64,000 nt of DNA from an uncultured Chloroflexia bacterium (GTDB taxonomy: Bacteria > Chloroflexota > Dormibacteria > Aeolococcales > Aeolococcaceae), in contig CAWJVN010000008.1 in NCBI GenBank assembly GCA_963846365.1, positions 120,072-184,071 of the forward strand, written 5' to 3'. The position numbers were made by a program, and so were the translations under genes. This document shows positions 23,730 through 32,602 of the stretch, one piece after another. Below the pieces are notes generated by a model. It was given only the letters and a program-made list of their open reading frames with translations, did not search any database and had not been told where the DNA came from. Each line of letters begins with the position of its first letter. The first letter of the stretch is position 1.

Positions 23730-23945
23730 CTAAAGGGCCGGCGCCTGCTGCAGGGCGAGCTCGAGCCGGTTCATGGCGTCGTCGTGGCGGAGCGCGTCGG
23801 CGAGCAGGCAGGTGTAGTCACGGAGGCGGCGGTAGCGCGCGGCGGCGGTGTCCTCGGCGAGGTCGACCTGCGCCTGGAGCTCCACGGGCCCGGGATGATC
23901 GACGAGGTCGAGACCGCCCTGCACCGGGTTCACTTCCCTTTCCAT
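23730..23945 (-). CDS. Small hypothetical protein (71 aa)
   Basis: GAGGAG SD 9 nt before ATG; GC-typical codons; helical C-terminus. Confidence 0.5.
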   Translation of the reverse strand: MEREVNPVQGGLDLVDHPGPVELQAQVDLAEDTAAARYRRLRDYTCLLADALRHDDAMNRLELALQQAPAL

Positions 23946-24157
23946 TCCCGCATACTCCTCCGGCGACCGGTCGTCCCGCACTGCCGCGGGTCTCGCCTCC
24001 GCCGTGAGTTCATCGTCCTCGTGTGCTCTTAAGGGGTGGTGACGAGTCCACTGAAGCCCGGTCCCGGAGGGTGACAGCCGATGGCGAGAACGACACGGCG
24101 CGGTGACGCTGCCGTCACGGTGGGCGCATTCTGGCCGAACACGTCACCCTTTCGCTG

Positions 24158-24478
24158 ATGAGCCGGGACAGTCCGGGGGCGTGCGACGCCCTCCCCGCCA
24201 ATCGCAGCTGCCGGATGTGCGGCGCCGCCACCCGTTTCTCCCACACCAGCTACGTGCGGGCCGGGGAGAGCGTGGCCCTGTACGTCTGCACCTCGTGCGG
24301 CACCACCTACAGCGGCGGTCTCCGCGGCGGTGACCGGCCGCCGCCGTCCGGCCGCGACGCCCGCTCCGGCGGTCGCGCCAGCCGGCGCCCTCCGGTGGAC
24401 GAGGGGCCCCCCGCCAATCCCGTCATCGACGAGGACATGGCGCGGCTGCTCCGCGAGGCCCTGGGCGGTCAGCAGTGA
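24158..24478 (+). CDS. Hypothetical zinc-ribbon protein; start uncertain
   Basis: CRMCG...CTSCG pairs; GC-typical codons. Confidence 0.5.
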   Translation: MSRDSPGACDALPANRSCRMCGAATRFSHTSYVRAGESVALYVCTSCGTTYSGGLRGGDRPPPSGRDARSGGRASRRPPVDEGPPANPVIDEDMARLLREALGGQQ

Positions 24479-24484
24479 GCGACC

Positions 24485-25288
24485 TCAGCCGGCGCGGGCC
24501 ACGCCGGCGTCGCGGGTGTGGCGCTCGAACCAGGCGGCGATCCGCGGGTTGAGCTCGTCGCGGTCGACGTCCACGCTCATCGCGTGGCCGCTGCGCGGAT
24601 AGCGGCCCACCTCGACCTCGCTGCTGCAGACCAGGCCGCGGGCGATGTCGTCGGCGTTCCTCGGGTCGACGGTCCGATCGCCTCCGCCGTGCAGCACCAG
24701 CACCGGCTGGCGCACCATCGCCAGCTCGCCGCGCACGGTGCGCAGCAGCCGGGTGAGCTCGTGGATCGATCGGGTGGAGCGGCGCCCGTAGGAGTGCAGC
24801 TCCTCGACCGCCTCGGGCAGGAAGAGGTCGATGTCGTCGGGGTCGGGGGTGTGCCAGCGCTGCACGTACTTGGCGGCGAAGATGATCTTCAGCCGCCAGT
24901 CGCTGAGCCAGACCGGCGCCGCCAGGGTGGCCACCGCGGCGATGCGGGTGTCGTGGGCGGCGAGGTGCAGCGCGAGGGCGCCGCCCATCGACTGTCCCGC
25001 GACCACCACCTGGTCGCATTCGGCGGCGACCCGGTCGACGGCGTCGGCGGCGGAGCGCGCCCAGTCCGGCCAGCGGGTGCGCGCGAAGTCCTCGGGGGTG
25101 GTGCCGTGGCCGGTGAGCAGCGGGCCGTCGACCAGCCAGCCCTGGGCGGCGAGATGCTCGCCCAGGCGGCGCAGCTCCGGTGGGGTGCCGGCGAAGCCGT
25201 GGAGGAGCACCGCGCCGCGGCGTCCCGAGCCCAGCCGCCAGGGCCGGATCGCCTCGGGGTCGAAGGGGAGGGACGAGCGTGCCGGCAT
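24485..25288 (-). CDS. Carboxylesterase/monoacylglycerol lipase-like alpha/beta hydrolase
   Basis: LLHGFAGTP, GHGTTPED, GQSMGG, D..V, SGH. Confidence 0.9.
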   Translation of the reverse strand: MPARSSLPFDPEAIRPWRLGSGRRGAVLLHGFAGTPPELRRLGEHLAAQGWLVDGPLLTGHGTTPEDFARTRWPDWARSAADAVDRVAAECDQVVVAGQSMGGALALHLAAHDTRIAAVATLAAPVWLSDWRLKIIFAAKYVQRWHTPDPDDIDLFLPEAVEELHSYGRRSTRSIHELTRLLRTVRGELAMVRQPVLVLHGGGDRTVDPRNADDIARGLVCSSEVEVGRYPRSGHAMSVDVDRDELNPRIAAWFERHTRDAGVARAG

Positions 25289-25371
25289 CTGGGCGGAGTA
25301 TGCATGCACCGGGCGCTCCGGGGTGCGCCGGCGGTCCTCGATCGTCGCGGACCTGCTACCGTCCGGCGGCG

Positions 25372-26460
25372 ATGACCGAGGCCGACACGCTCCTGCGCGA
25401 GGCGCTCGAGCGGCTCGTCCGCGGAGAGCATCTGGACGTTGAGACGGCGCGCTCGGTGATGGACCGGGTGATGCAGGGCAGCGCCACCCCGGCGCAGATC
25501 GGCGCCATCCTGGCGGCGCTGCGCATCCGCGGTGAGACCGTCGAGGAGCTCACCGGCATGGTGATGTCGATGCGCGACCACGCGCTGCGCGTCGAGCTCG
25601 CGGTCGACGCCGTCGACACCTGCGGCACCGGCGGTGACGGCAGCGGCACCTTCAACATCTCCACCGCCGCGGCGTTCGTGGTCGCCGGCGCCGGCTGCCC
25701 GGTGGCGAAGCACGGCGGCAGGGCGGCCTCGAGCCGCTGCGGCAGCGCCGACGTGCTCGAGGAGCTGGGGGTGGCGATCGCGCTCAGCCCCGACGGGGTG
25801 CGCAGCTGCGTCGAGGAGGTGGGCATCGGCTTCCTCTTCGCGCCCGCCTACCACCCCGCGATGCGCCACGTCGGCCCGCTCCGCCGCGAGCTCGGCATCC
25901 GCACCGCCTTCAACGTGCTCGGTCCCCTCGCCAACCCGGCGCGTGTCCCCTATCAGTCGCTGGGTGTCGGCGACCACGGCCTGGCGCAGAGGATGGCCGG
26001 CGTGCTCGGCCGGCTCGGCCACCGCCATGCGCTGGTCTTCGCCGGCCCCGGCGGCATCGACGAGCTCGGCCTGAGCGGGGTCGCCCGGTGCCTCGAGGTG
26101 AGTCCCGCCGGGCTGCGCGAGTTCGAGATCGACCCCGCCGCCCTGGGGCTGCGCCCGGCGCCGGTGGAGGCGCTGCGCGGCGGCGACGTCCAGCACAACG
26201 CGGCGCGGCTGCGCGCCGTGCTCGACGGCGAGACCGGGCCGATGCGCGACGTGGTGCTGCTCAACGCCGCTGCGGCGCTCTGGGCCGCGGAGCGCGCCGG
26301 CGACCTCGCCGAGGGGCTGGAGCGAGCCCGGGCGTCGATCGACGGAGGCGGCGCGCGCCGCTCGCTCGACGGCCTGGTGGCGGCCTCGGTGGCGGCGGCG
26401 GAGCGGGACGCCCGCCCCCGCCCCCGCCCTGCCACCACCCCGCGCCCGGGAGCGGCCTGA
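25372..26460 (+). CDS. trpD: Anthranilate phosphoribosyltransferase
   Basis: DTCGTGGDG, FNIST, AKHG, GSADVLE, RTAFNVLGPLANP. Confidence 0.95.
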   Translation: MTEADTLLREALERLVRGEHLDVETARSVMDRVMQGSATPAQIGAILAALRIRGETVEELTGMVMSMRDHALRVELAVDAVDTCGTGGDGSGTFNISTAAAFVVAGAGCPVAKHGGRAASSRCGSADVLEELGVAIALSPDGVRSCVEEVGIGFLFAPAYHPAMRHVGPLRRELGIRTAFNVLGPLANPARVPYQSLGVGDHGLAQRMAGVLGRLGHRHALVFAGPGGIDELGLSGVARCLEVSPAGLREFEIDPAALGLRPAPVEALRGGDVQHNAARLRAVLDGETGPMRDVVLLNAAAALWAAERAGDLAEGLERARASIDGGGARRSLDGLVAASVAAAERDARPRPRPATTPRPGAA

Positions 26461-26930
26461 TGACCACCCCGCCGCTGCCCCGCCGCCTCCAGGGGCTGCT
26501 CGCCGTCCTGCCCGATGCGGAGAGCGTCGCCGACGTCGCCGCCGGCCACGGCCGTCTCGCCGTCCACCTCGCCGCCCGCTCCCACCGGGTGATCGCCACC
26601 GAGAACACCGACGGCCCCTACGCCGAGCTCTGCCGCAACCTCGAGCGCTGGGAGGCCGGGGGCCGGGTGGAGGCGCGCCGGGGCAGCGGCCTCGAGCCGC
26701 TCGCCGCCGGTGAGGTCGAGGGCGTGGTCATCGCCGGTCTCGGCGCCCGGCGGCTCACCCAGATCGCCGCCCAGGCGCCGGGGCGGGGGCTGCGCTGGGT
26801 GGCGCTGCAGTGCGTCCAGCATCCCGACGAGCTCGCCGGCTGGGTGCGTGCGGCGGGCTGGCGGGTGGCGGTCGAGACCGTCTGCGAGCAGCGCGGCCGC
26901 GCCTACGCGACCTGGGTGCTCGAGGTGTGA
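26460..26930 (+). CDS. trmK: tRNA (adenine22-N1)-methyltransferase TrmK-like, short
   Basis: RL..L, VADVAAGHGRL, ATE...GP, GSGLEPL, VVIAGLG; TGATG overlap. Confidence 0.7.
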   Translation: MTTPPLPRRLQGLLAVLPDAESVADVAAGHGRLAVHLAARSHRVIATENTDGPYAELCRNLERWEAGGRVEARRGSGLEPLAAGEVEGVVIAGLGARRLTQIAAQAPGRGLRWVALQCVQHPDELAGWVRAAGWRVAVETVCEQRGRAYATWVLEV

Positions 26931-27619
26931 GCACCGCCGCCATGCTCGAGCTGCAGCAGATCGACGACCGTCTCGCCGGGCGCCGCACCGCCGCCCGTGA
27001 GGTCGAGGCGCGCATCGCCGGCTCCGCCGAGCTCGAGGCGGCGCGGCGGCGCGCCACCGGCCTCGCCGCGGACCGTGGCGGGGTCGAGGACCGGCTCGCC
27101 GCCGCGGCGCGCGAGACCGCCGCCCTGCGCGCCCGGGTGAAGGTCATCGACCGCCAGCTGTACGGCGGCACGGTGCGCAATCCCCACGACCTCCTCACCC
27201 TCCAGCGCGAGCTCGCCGAGGTGCGCGAGCGGATGGCCGAGGCCGACGACGCCGAGCTGCAGCTGATGGAGGAGGCGGAGGCCGCGGACACCGCCGCGAC
27301 CGCCGCCGCCGCCGCGGTGACCACCATCGAGCAGGACCGCGCCGCCGCCGCCGCCGGCGAGCGGGGCCGGCTCGAGGCGCTGCGCGCGGAGATCGCCGAG
27401 CTGGAGAGGGACCGTGCCGCCGTCGCGGGGGCGCTGCCGGCCGCCGAGCTCGCCCTCTACACCCGGCTGGCGACGCGGCTCCACCCCGCGGTCACCCCGC
27501 TGCAGGGCGACTCCTGCGGCGGCTGCCACCTGCCCCTGGGGGTGCGCGAGGTGCGCGCCGCCCGCATGGGCAGCGAGCTGGTGCAGTGCTCGAACTGCGA
27601 CCGGGTGGTGGTGAGGTGA
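26927..27619 (+). CDS. Coiled-coil C4 zinc-ribbon protein (DUF164/CT398-like)
   Basis: LELQQIDD, long coiled coil, CGGCH...CSNCDR. Confidence 0.88.
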   Translation: MSTAAMLELQQIDDRLAGRRTAAREVEARIAGSAELEAARRRATGLAADRGGVEDRLAAAARETAALRARVKVIDRQLYGGTVRNPHDLLTLQRELAEVRERMAEADDAELQLMEEAEAADTAATAAAAAVTTIEQDRAAAAAGERGRLEALRAEIAELERDRAAVAGALPAAELALYTRLATRLHPAVTPLQGDSCGGCHLPLGVREVRAARMGSELVQCSNCDRVVVR

Positions 27620-28080
27620 CCGTGGACGGGAGGCAGCTGAGCCTCGACGTGGCCGCACCGGCGCGGACCGTGGTCGCGTATACCGACGGCGCCTGCTCGG
27701 GGAATCCCGGCGCCGGCGCCTGGGCCTACCGCCTCGAGTGGCCGGACGGCGGCGTCGAGGAGCGGGCCGAGGCCGAGCCCATGACCACGAACAACCGCGA
27801 GGAGCTGAAGGCGGTGCGCGAGGCGCTGCGCGCGGTGCGCGACCGCATCGGCGACGACCCGTCCTGGCGGGTGGTGGTGCGCACCGACAGCCTCGGGGTG
27901 ATCAACTGGCTGAGCCGCACCTGGAAGCGGAACAAGAACCTCGACCTGTTCCCCACCATCGACCCGCTGGTCGACCGCCGGGTGAGATTCGAGCACGTCC
28001 GCGGCCACAGCGGCGATCCCGGCAACGACCGCGTGGACCGGCTCGCGGTGGGCGCCTACGAGCGGCTGCTCGGCCGCTGA
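27616..28080 (+). CDS. rnhA: Ribonuclease HI
   Basis: YTDGACSGNPG, TTNNREEL, TDS, KNLDL, HVRGHSGDPGNDRVDRLA. Confidence 0.93.
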   Translation: MTVDGRQLSLDVAAPARTVVAYTDGACSGNPGAGAWAYRLEWPDGGVEERAEAEPMTTNNREELKAVREALRAVRDRIGDDPSWRVVVRTDSLGVINWLSRTWKRNKNLDLFPTIDPLVDRRVRFEHVRGHSGDPGNDRVDRLAVGAYERLLGR

Positions 28081-28159
28081 GCGGCGACCGTCCTGCTCCA
28101 CCAGCCGCAGGATCTCGCGCTGCTGGCCGTCGAGGGTCGGTGCCCCCAGGTCGACGCGG

Positions 28160-28285
28160 CTACGCCGGGTGGCGGACGAGGCGGTGCAGCACCCGCGCGA
28201 CCCGGACGGCGACGCTCCCGCCGGCCTGATGGCGGCGTGCCTGCGCGTTCTTGAGCTCCAGCCGGAGCCACTGCTCGTCAGTCAT
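28160..28285 (-). CDS. Small hypothetical protein (41 aa)
   Basis: AAGGAGG SD before ATG: MTDEQWLRLELKNAQARRHQAGGSVAVRVARVLHRLVRHPA. Confidence 0.5.
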   Translation of the reverse strand: MTDEQWLRLELKNAQARRHQAGGSVAVRVARVLHRLVRHPA

Positions 28286-28334
28286 CTCGTGCCCTCCTTG
28301 GGCGATCCGGGCCGTCGTCTTCCCCGCCCGAACC

Positions 28335-28380
28335 GTTGTGTTCTGCAACGATTGTACCAGTGTGCGTTGCGTGATGCAAC
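28335..28380. promoter_or_regulatory. Two palindromic operator candidates (GTTG[CT]-N5-GCAAC) upstream of the HxlR regulator
   Basis: GTTGTGTTCTGCAAC 28335-28349 and GTTGCGTGATGCAAC 28366-28380, 31 bp apart; TAGACT -10 at 28391. Confidence 0.6.
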
Positions 28381-28437
28381 CCGTTGTGACTAGACTGTCG
28401 CATCGGAGGGCGCCTGAAGCGCCGAGAGGAGGAACCG

Positions 28438-28926
28438 TTGCTCGAGCGCACCTACGACGCCCAGGTCTGCTCGGTCGCCCGCGCTCTCGAGGTGGTCGGC
28501 GAGCGCTGGACCCTGCTGATCGTGCGCGACGCCTTCAACGGCATCCGCCGCTTCGAGGACTTCCAGCGGCGGCTCGGGCTGGCCCGGAACATCCTCACCG
28601 ACCGCCTCCAGCGTCTCGTCGCCGCGGGCGTCTTCGAGCGCACCCGCTACCAGGAGCGGCCGGAGCGCTTCGAGTACCGGCTCACCGAGGCGGGACACGA
28701 CCTCTGGCCGACGATCATCGCGCTGCGCCAGTGGGGCGACCGCCACATGGCGCCGGCGGGGCCGCCGCTGCGCCTCGAGCACCGCGGCTGCGGCGGCGAG
28801 GTCGACCACCGGGTGGTGTGCGCCGGCTGCGGGCAGCCGCTCCGGGTGCACGACGCGGTGCGGCTGCCGGGCCCGGGAGCCCCGCCGGCGTCCGCCACCG
28901 AGTCACCGGCGGGGACCGCGTCCTGA
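28438..28926 (+). CDS. HxlR-family winged-helix regulator
   Basis: CSVARALEVVGERWTLLIVRDA, RFEYRLTEAG, QWGD; GGAGG SD, TTG start. Confidence 0.92.
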   Translation: MLERTYDAQVCSVARALEVVGERWTLLIVRDAFNGIRRFEDFQRRLGLARNILTDRLQRLVAAGVFERTRYQERPERFEYRLTEAGHDLWPTIIALRQWGDRHMAPAGPPLRLEHRGCGGEVDHRVVCAGCGQPLRVHDAVRLPGPGAPPASATESPAGTAS

Positions 28927-28935
28927 GGTGAGAGG

Positions 28936-30162
28936 GTGAGAGGAGGGGAGGCGCTGCGGACGCCACCGGCGGTCGCGCCCGCCGCGGCGAGGGCGGTGCA
29001 TCCGCTGCTGCTCGCCGCCGGGCTGGCCGCCGGCCCCGCGGTGGTGCTCGGCATCGCCCGGTTCGCCTACGGCCTGCTCCTCCCCGGGATGCGTGCCGAC
29101 CTCCACTGGTCCTTCGCCCAGGCGGGGACGATCAACGCCGCCAACGCCCTCGGCTACCTGGCCGGGGCGATGCTCACCCCGCGGGTGACCGCCCGCCTCG
29201 GCCGCCGCCCCGCCTTCCTCGGCGGCATGGTGGTCGTCGTCGTGGCGCTGGTGGCGACCGGGCTGGCCTCCGGCTTCGGCGCCCTGCTGGCGCTGCGGGT
29301 CGTCGCCGGCGTCGCCGGCGCGCTGGTCTTCATCGGTGGCATGGAACTCGCCGCCTGGCTCGGTCACGGGCGCTCGAGCATCCGGGCCGCGGTGCTGCTC
29401 GGCGTCTACGTCGGCGGGGGCGGCCTCGGCATCGTGGTCTCGGGGATGGTGGTGCCGCCGATCCTCGCCCTCGGGGGAGCGAGTGGATGGCGCCTCGGCT
29501 GGCTGATGCTGGCGGCGCTGTCGCTCGCCGGGCTGATGGCGGCGCGGTGGGCGTCCGGCCGGGTCGAGGCCCCCGCGATGTCGCGGCGAGGCGAGGGCGC
29601 GGGCTGGCCGGCGCGCCGGTTCGTCCCCAGCCTGATCGCCTACACGCTCTTCGGCGTCGGCTACATCTCCTACATCACCTTCGTCGTCGCGCTGCTGGTG
29701 CACCAGGGGTTGAGCCGGGTGGTGGTGGGGTCGTTCTGGGTGCTGCTCGGCCTCGCGTCGCTGCTGAGCGTGCCCCTCTGGGGCCGGGTGCTGGGGCGGC
29801 TGCGCGGCGGGCGGGGCCCGGCGCTGGTGCTCGCGGTGGTGGCTGCGGGAGCGGCGCTGCCGCTGCTCGGCGGCGGCGCGGCGGCCGCGATGGCCTCGGC
29901 GCTGGTCTTCGGCGGCGCCTTCCTCTCCGTGGTCACCTCCTTCACCGCGGTCGCCCGCGCCGCCCTGCCCGCCCCCCAGTGGGGCCCGGCGATCGCCGCG
30001 CTCACCGCCGTCTTCGCCCTCGGCCAGTGCGCCGGCCCGGTGCTCACCGGCCTGCTGTCCGACGTCGCCGGCGGGGTGGGTGTCGGGCTCGGGCTCTCCG
30101 CCGCCGTGCTCGGTCTCGCCTCCCTGATCGCTTTCGCCCAGGCCCCTCCGGGGGATCTGTGA
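28936..30162 (+). CDS. YbfB/YjiJ-family MFS transporter
   Basis: GIARFAYGLLLPGM, ANALGYLAG, FGVGYISYITF, FALGQCAGP; about 12 TM helices. Confidence 0.88.
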   Translation: MRGGEALRTPPAVAPAAARAVHPLLLAAGLAAGPAVVLGIARFAYGLLLPGMRADLHWSFAQAGTINAANALGYLAGAMLTPRVTARLGRRPAFLGGMVVVVVALVATGLASGFGALLALRVVAGVAGALVFIGGMELAAWLGHGRSSIRAAVLLGVYVGGGGLGIVVSGMVVPPILALGGASGWRLGWLMLAALSLAGLMAARWASGRVEAPAMSRRGEGAGWPARRFVPSLIAYTLFGVGYISYITFVVALLVHQGLSRVVVGSFWVLLGLASLLSVPLWGRVLGRLRGGRGPALVLAVVAAGAALPLLGGGAAAAMASALVFGGAFLSVVTSFTAVARAALPAPQWGPAIAALTAVFALGQCAGPVLTGLLSDVAGGVGVGLGLSAAVLGLASLIAFAQAPPGDL

Positions 30163-30317
30163 CCCGTTGCTCGGGGATCTGTGACGGTGCGAGTTGCCCG
30201 GGTGATCTGAGACGGTGCGAGTTGCCCGGGTGATCTGACACGCGTGGAGGTACCCGGGGATCTTCTAACACAGGTTTTTACCGGGGGGAGGCGTACGCCT
30301 CCCCCGGTAAAAAAACC
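30151..30317 (+). repeat. GATCT-punctuated tandem repeat array ending in a G6/C5 hairpin, locus B
   Basis: Five GATCT-started units (22-28 bp), then near-perfect palindrome TTTTTACCGGGGGGAGGCGTACGCCTCCCCCGGTAAAAA. Confidence 0.9.
30273..30317. terminator. Bidirectional intrinsic terminator-like hairpin (part of the repeat family)
   Basis: GC stem flanked by T5 and A7 between the convergent MFS gene and rnpB. Confidence 0.55.
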
Positions 30318-30373
30318 CCCGGGCCACCCACAGGGGACGTCCGCCCACGAACAACCGCACGGATCCCACGCAA

Positions 30374-30403
30374 GCCCCGCCCCCCCATACAGGGAGGCGG
30401 GGC
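30374..30403 (-). terminator. Hairpin just downstream of rnpB
   Basis: GCCCCGCCCCCC..GGGAGGCGGGGC stem; weak U-tract. Confidence 0.4.
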
Positions 30404-30414
30404 CCGGGGGTGAT

Positions 30415-30823
30415 GCAAGCCGGCCTGTAAGCCGGGTTCTGTCCCCACCGCCTGTTCGACCCCAACGGGGGCCACCCCCGGCGGTGGGGGACGGCCATCC
30501 ATCTGGAGCGCCGGTTGCCCGGCGCCTCGAGCGGCCTCACCCGGGGTCTGGGACGAGCAGCCCCTGGAGCGCCGGAGCGCTCCGCCCCTGTTCGGCCTTG
30601 CTCCGGGCGGGGTTTACCTGGCCGGCCGGTCACCCGGCCGCCGGTGGGCTCTTACCCCACCATTTCACCGTTGCCGCGGCGCGCCTGCGCGCACCGTGGC
30701 TGTGTCCTTTCTGTGGCACTCTCCTTCGGGTCACCCCGACTGGGCGTTACCCAGCGCCCTGCTCTGCGGAGCCCGGACTTTCCTCGAGCGGTCGAGCCGC
30801 CCGCGGCCGTCCGGCCGGCTTGC
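30415..30823 (-). ncRNA. rnpB: RNase P RNA, bacterial type A
   Basis: GAGGAAAGTCCGGGCTCC, GAGAGTGCCACAGAAA, GGTAAGAGCCCAC, GGTAAACCCC..GGAGCAAGG, ACAGAACCCGGCTTA; P1 GCAAGCCGGCC/GGCCGGCTTGC; TAGACT -10 at 30830-30835. Confidence 0.97.
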
Positions 30824-30885
30824 GCCGCGAGTCTACCCCCCCCGAGAAGATGGCGATCGCACAACCACCCGTACATATGTTCGCG

Positions 30886-30950
30886 TTGACGGGTGGGGAA
30901 TGCACTGTTAGGCTTCCGCTCGTAGTGGATAGAAGTGGTGAAAAGTGGTG
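30886..30950 (+). promoter_or_regulatory. dcw promoter with MraZ-binding direct repeats
   Basis: TTGACG(30886)-17 bp-TAGGCT(30909) with TG extension; AGTGG at 30924, 30934 and 30944 (exact 10-bp period). Confidence 0.85.
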
Positions 30951-31015
30951 AATCCGACCCGCAGCTTCACGTCCCCCGGATGGCCCCCGTGGCCGCCGGT
31001 GGGGCCTGACACGCC

Positions 31016-31465
31016 GTGGTCGGCTCCCATCGCCACGGCGTCGACGCCAAGGGCCGCGTCGCCCTTCCCGCGAAGCTGCGCGGCCACCTTCCCGAGGGCA
31101 GCATCGTCGCCCGGGGAACGGAGCACCGGCTCGTGATCTGGCCACCCGACGAGTGGGCCGAGATGTCCCACCGGATGCGCTCCCAGCTCCGCGGCGCCGA
31201 GCTGCGCCGCTGGGAGCGGCTGCACTTCGCCTTCGCACGTCCGCTGGAGCTCGACGCCCAGGGCCGGATGCTCGTCGACGCCGAGAACCGCCGCTGGGCG
31301 GAGATCGGAGACCGCTGCGTCTTCGTCGGCCTCGGCAACCGGGTCGAGCTGGTGGGCGAGGCGGTGTGGGACGCCGACGAGGCGACCATGGATCCCGACC
31401 AGTTCTCGCATCTCTACGACCTCGCCACCGGCGCCGCGCCGGCGGCGTCCACGCCGTCCGCGTGA
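31016..31465 (+). CDS. mraZ: Division/cell wall cluster repressor MraZ
   Basis: VDAKGRVALPAKLR and LDAQGRML repeats, FVGLGNRVEL. Confidence 0.92.
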   Translation: MVGSHRHGVDAKGRVALPAKLRGHLPEGSIVARGTEHRLVIWPPDEWAEMSHRMRSQLRGAELRRWERLHFAFARPLELDAQGRMLVDAENRRWAEIGDRCVFVGLGNRVELVGEAVWDADEATMDPDQFSHLYDLATGAAPAASTPSA

Positions 31466-31507
31466 GCGGACGGCGGCCGTTCGCGACGTTCACCTACCGT
31501 GGTCCTC

Positions 31508-32512
31508 ATGTCCACCGTGGCAGACATGCCGGCCCCCGATCAAGCCACACCCGGCGTCCCGGCGACTGACGGGCACCGGCCGGTCCTTGTACACCCCCTC
31601 ATAGAGAGCCTGCAGCCCAGACCGGGGCAGGTGTTCGTCGACGGCACGCTCGGTGCCGGCGGTGTCACCGCCGCGCTCCTCGAGCGCGTTCGCCCCGGGG
31701 GCCGCGTCATCGCCGTCGACCGCGACCCCGCGGCGCTGGCGGGCGCGCGCCTGCGCTTCGCCGGGGACGGCGACGCGCCGCTCCTGATCCACGGCGACTT
31801 CGCCGACCTGGTCGAGCACCTGCGTCGGAACGGCATCGCCGCCGTCGACGGGGTGACCCTCGACCTCGGCATCTCCTCGGTCCAGCTGGACGACCCGGCG
31901 CGAGGCTTCAGCTTCCGCCACGACGGTCCCCTGGACATGCGCCTCGACCCCGGCGCGGCGACGCTCACCGCCGCCGACATCGTCAACGGCTGGGACGAGG
32001 CGGACCTCGCGGCGCTGATCCGCGGATACGGCGAGGAGCGCTTCGCCCGTGGCATCGCCGCCGCCATCGGCAGGGCCCGCGCCGAGCGCCCGCTCACCAC
32101 CACCGGTGAGCTGCGCGAGACCGTGGAACGGGCGGTGCCACGACGGTACTGGCCGAAGCGGATCCATCCCGCCACCCGGACCTTCCAGGCGCTCCGCATC
32201 GAGGTCAACCACGAGCTCGACAGCCTGGAGCGGGGGTTGCAGGCAGCCATCGATGCATTACGGCCCGGTGGGCGTGTTGGGGTCATCGCCTTTCACTCCC
32301 TCGAGGACTCCCTTGTCAAGAACGCACTCCACGTCGCAGCACTGAACTGTGTCTGTCCACCCCAGCAGCCCATCTGCACCTGCGCTCACCGGGCCACCCT
32401 CTTTCTTCACACCCGCAAGGCGATCAAGGCGGACGCCGCCGAGCTCGCCGCCAACCCACGCTCGCGCTCGGCGCGGCTTCGGGTCGCCGAGCGTCTCGAC
32501 ACCGCCCACTGA
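31508..32512 (+). CDS. rsmH: 16S rRNA m4C1402 methyltransferase
   Basis: HRPVL, DGTLGAGG, DLGISSVQLD, RGFSF, HPATRTFQALRIEVN, FHSLED, NPRSRSARLR. Confidence 0.97.
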   Translation: MSTVADMPAPDQATPGVPATDGHRPVLVHPLIESLQPRPGQVFVDGTLGAGGVTAALLERVRPGGRVIAVDRDPAALAGARLRFAGDGDAPLLIHGDFADLVEHLRRNGIAAVDGVTLDLGISSVQLDDPARGFSFRHDGPLDMRLDPGAATLTAADIVNGWDEADLAALIRGYGEERFARGIAAAIGRARAERPLTTTGELRETVERAVPRRYWPKRIHPATRTFQALRIEVNHELDSLERGLQAAIDALRPGGRVGVIAFHSLEDSLVKNALHVAALNCVCPPQQPICTCAHRATLFLHTRKAIKADAAELAANPRSRSARLRVAERLDTAH

Positions 32513-32602
32513 GGCCCCGGCACTCCCGACCGCGGTCAGCCAGCCGTCCCGTCCACGTCGCCGCACCGTCACTCACCAACGTCCCAGCGGAGAACCGCGG
32601 CC

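Noticed and set aside
30151-30265. CRISPR array interpretation of the GATCT repeats (also 49770-49896)
   Set aside because: The segments between repeats are similar to each other rather than unique spacers, units are short and degenerate, and there are no cas genes in the window.
30244-30951. ORFs overlapping 30.2-30.95 kb
   Set aside because: The region is explained by rnpB, repeats and promoters.
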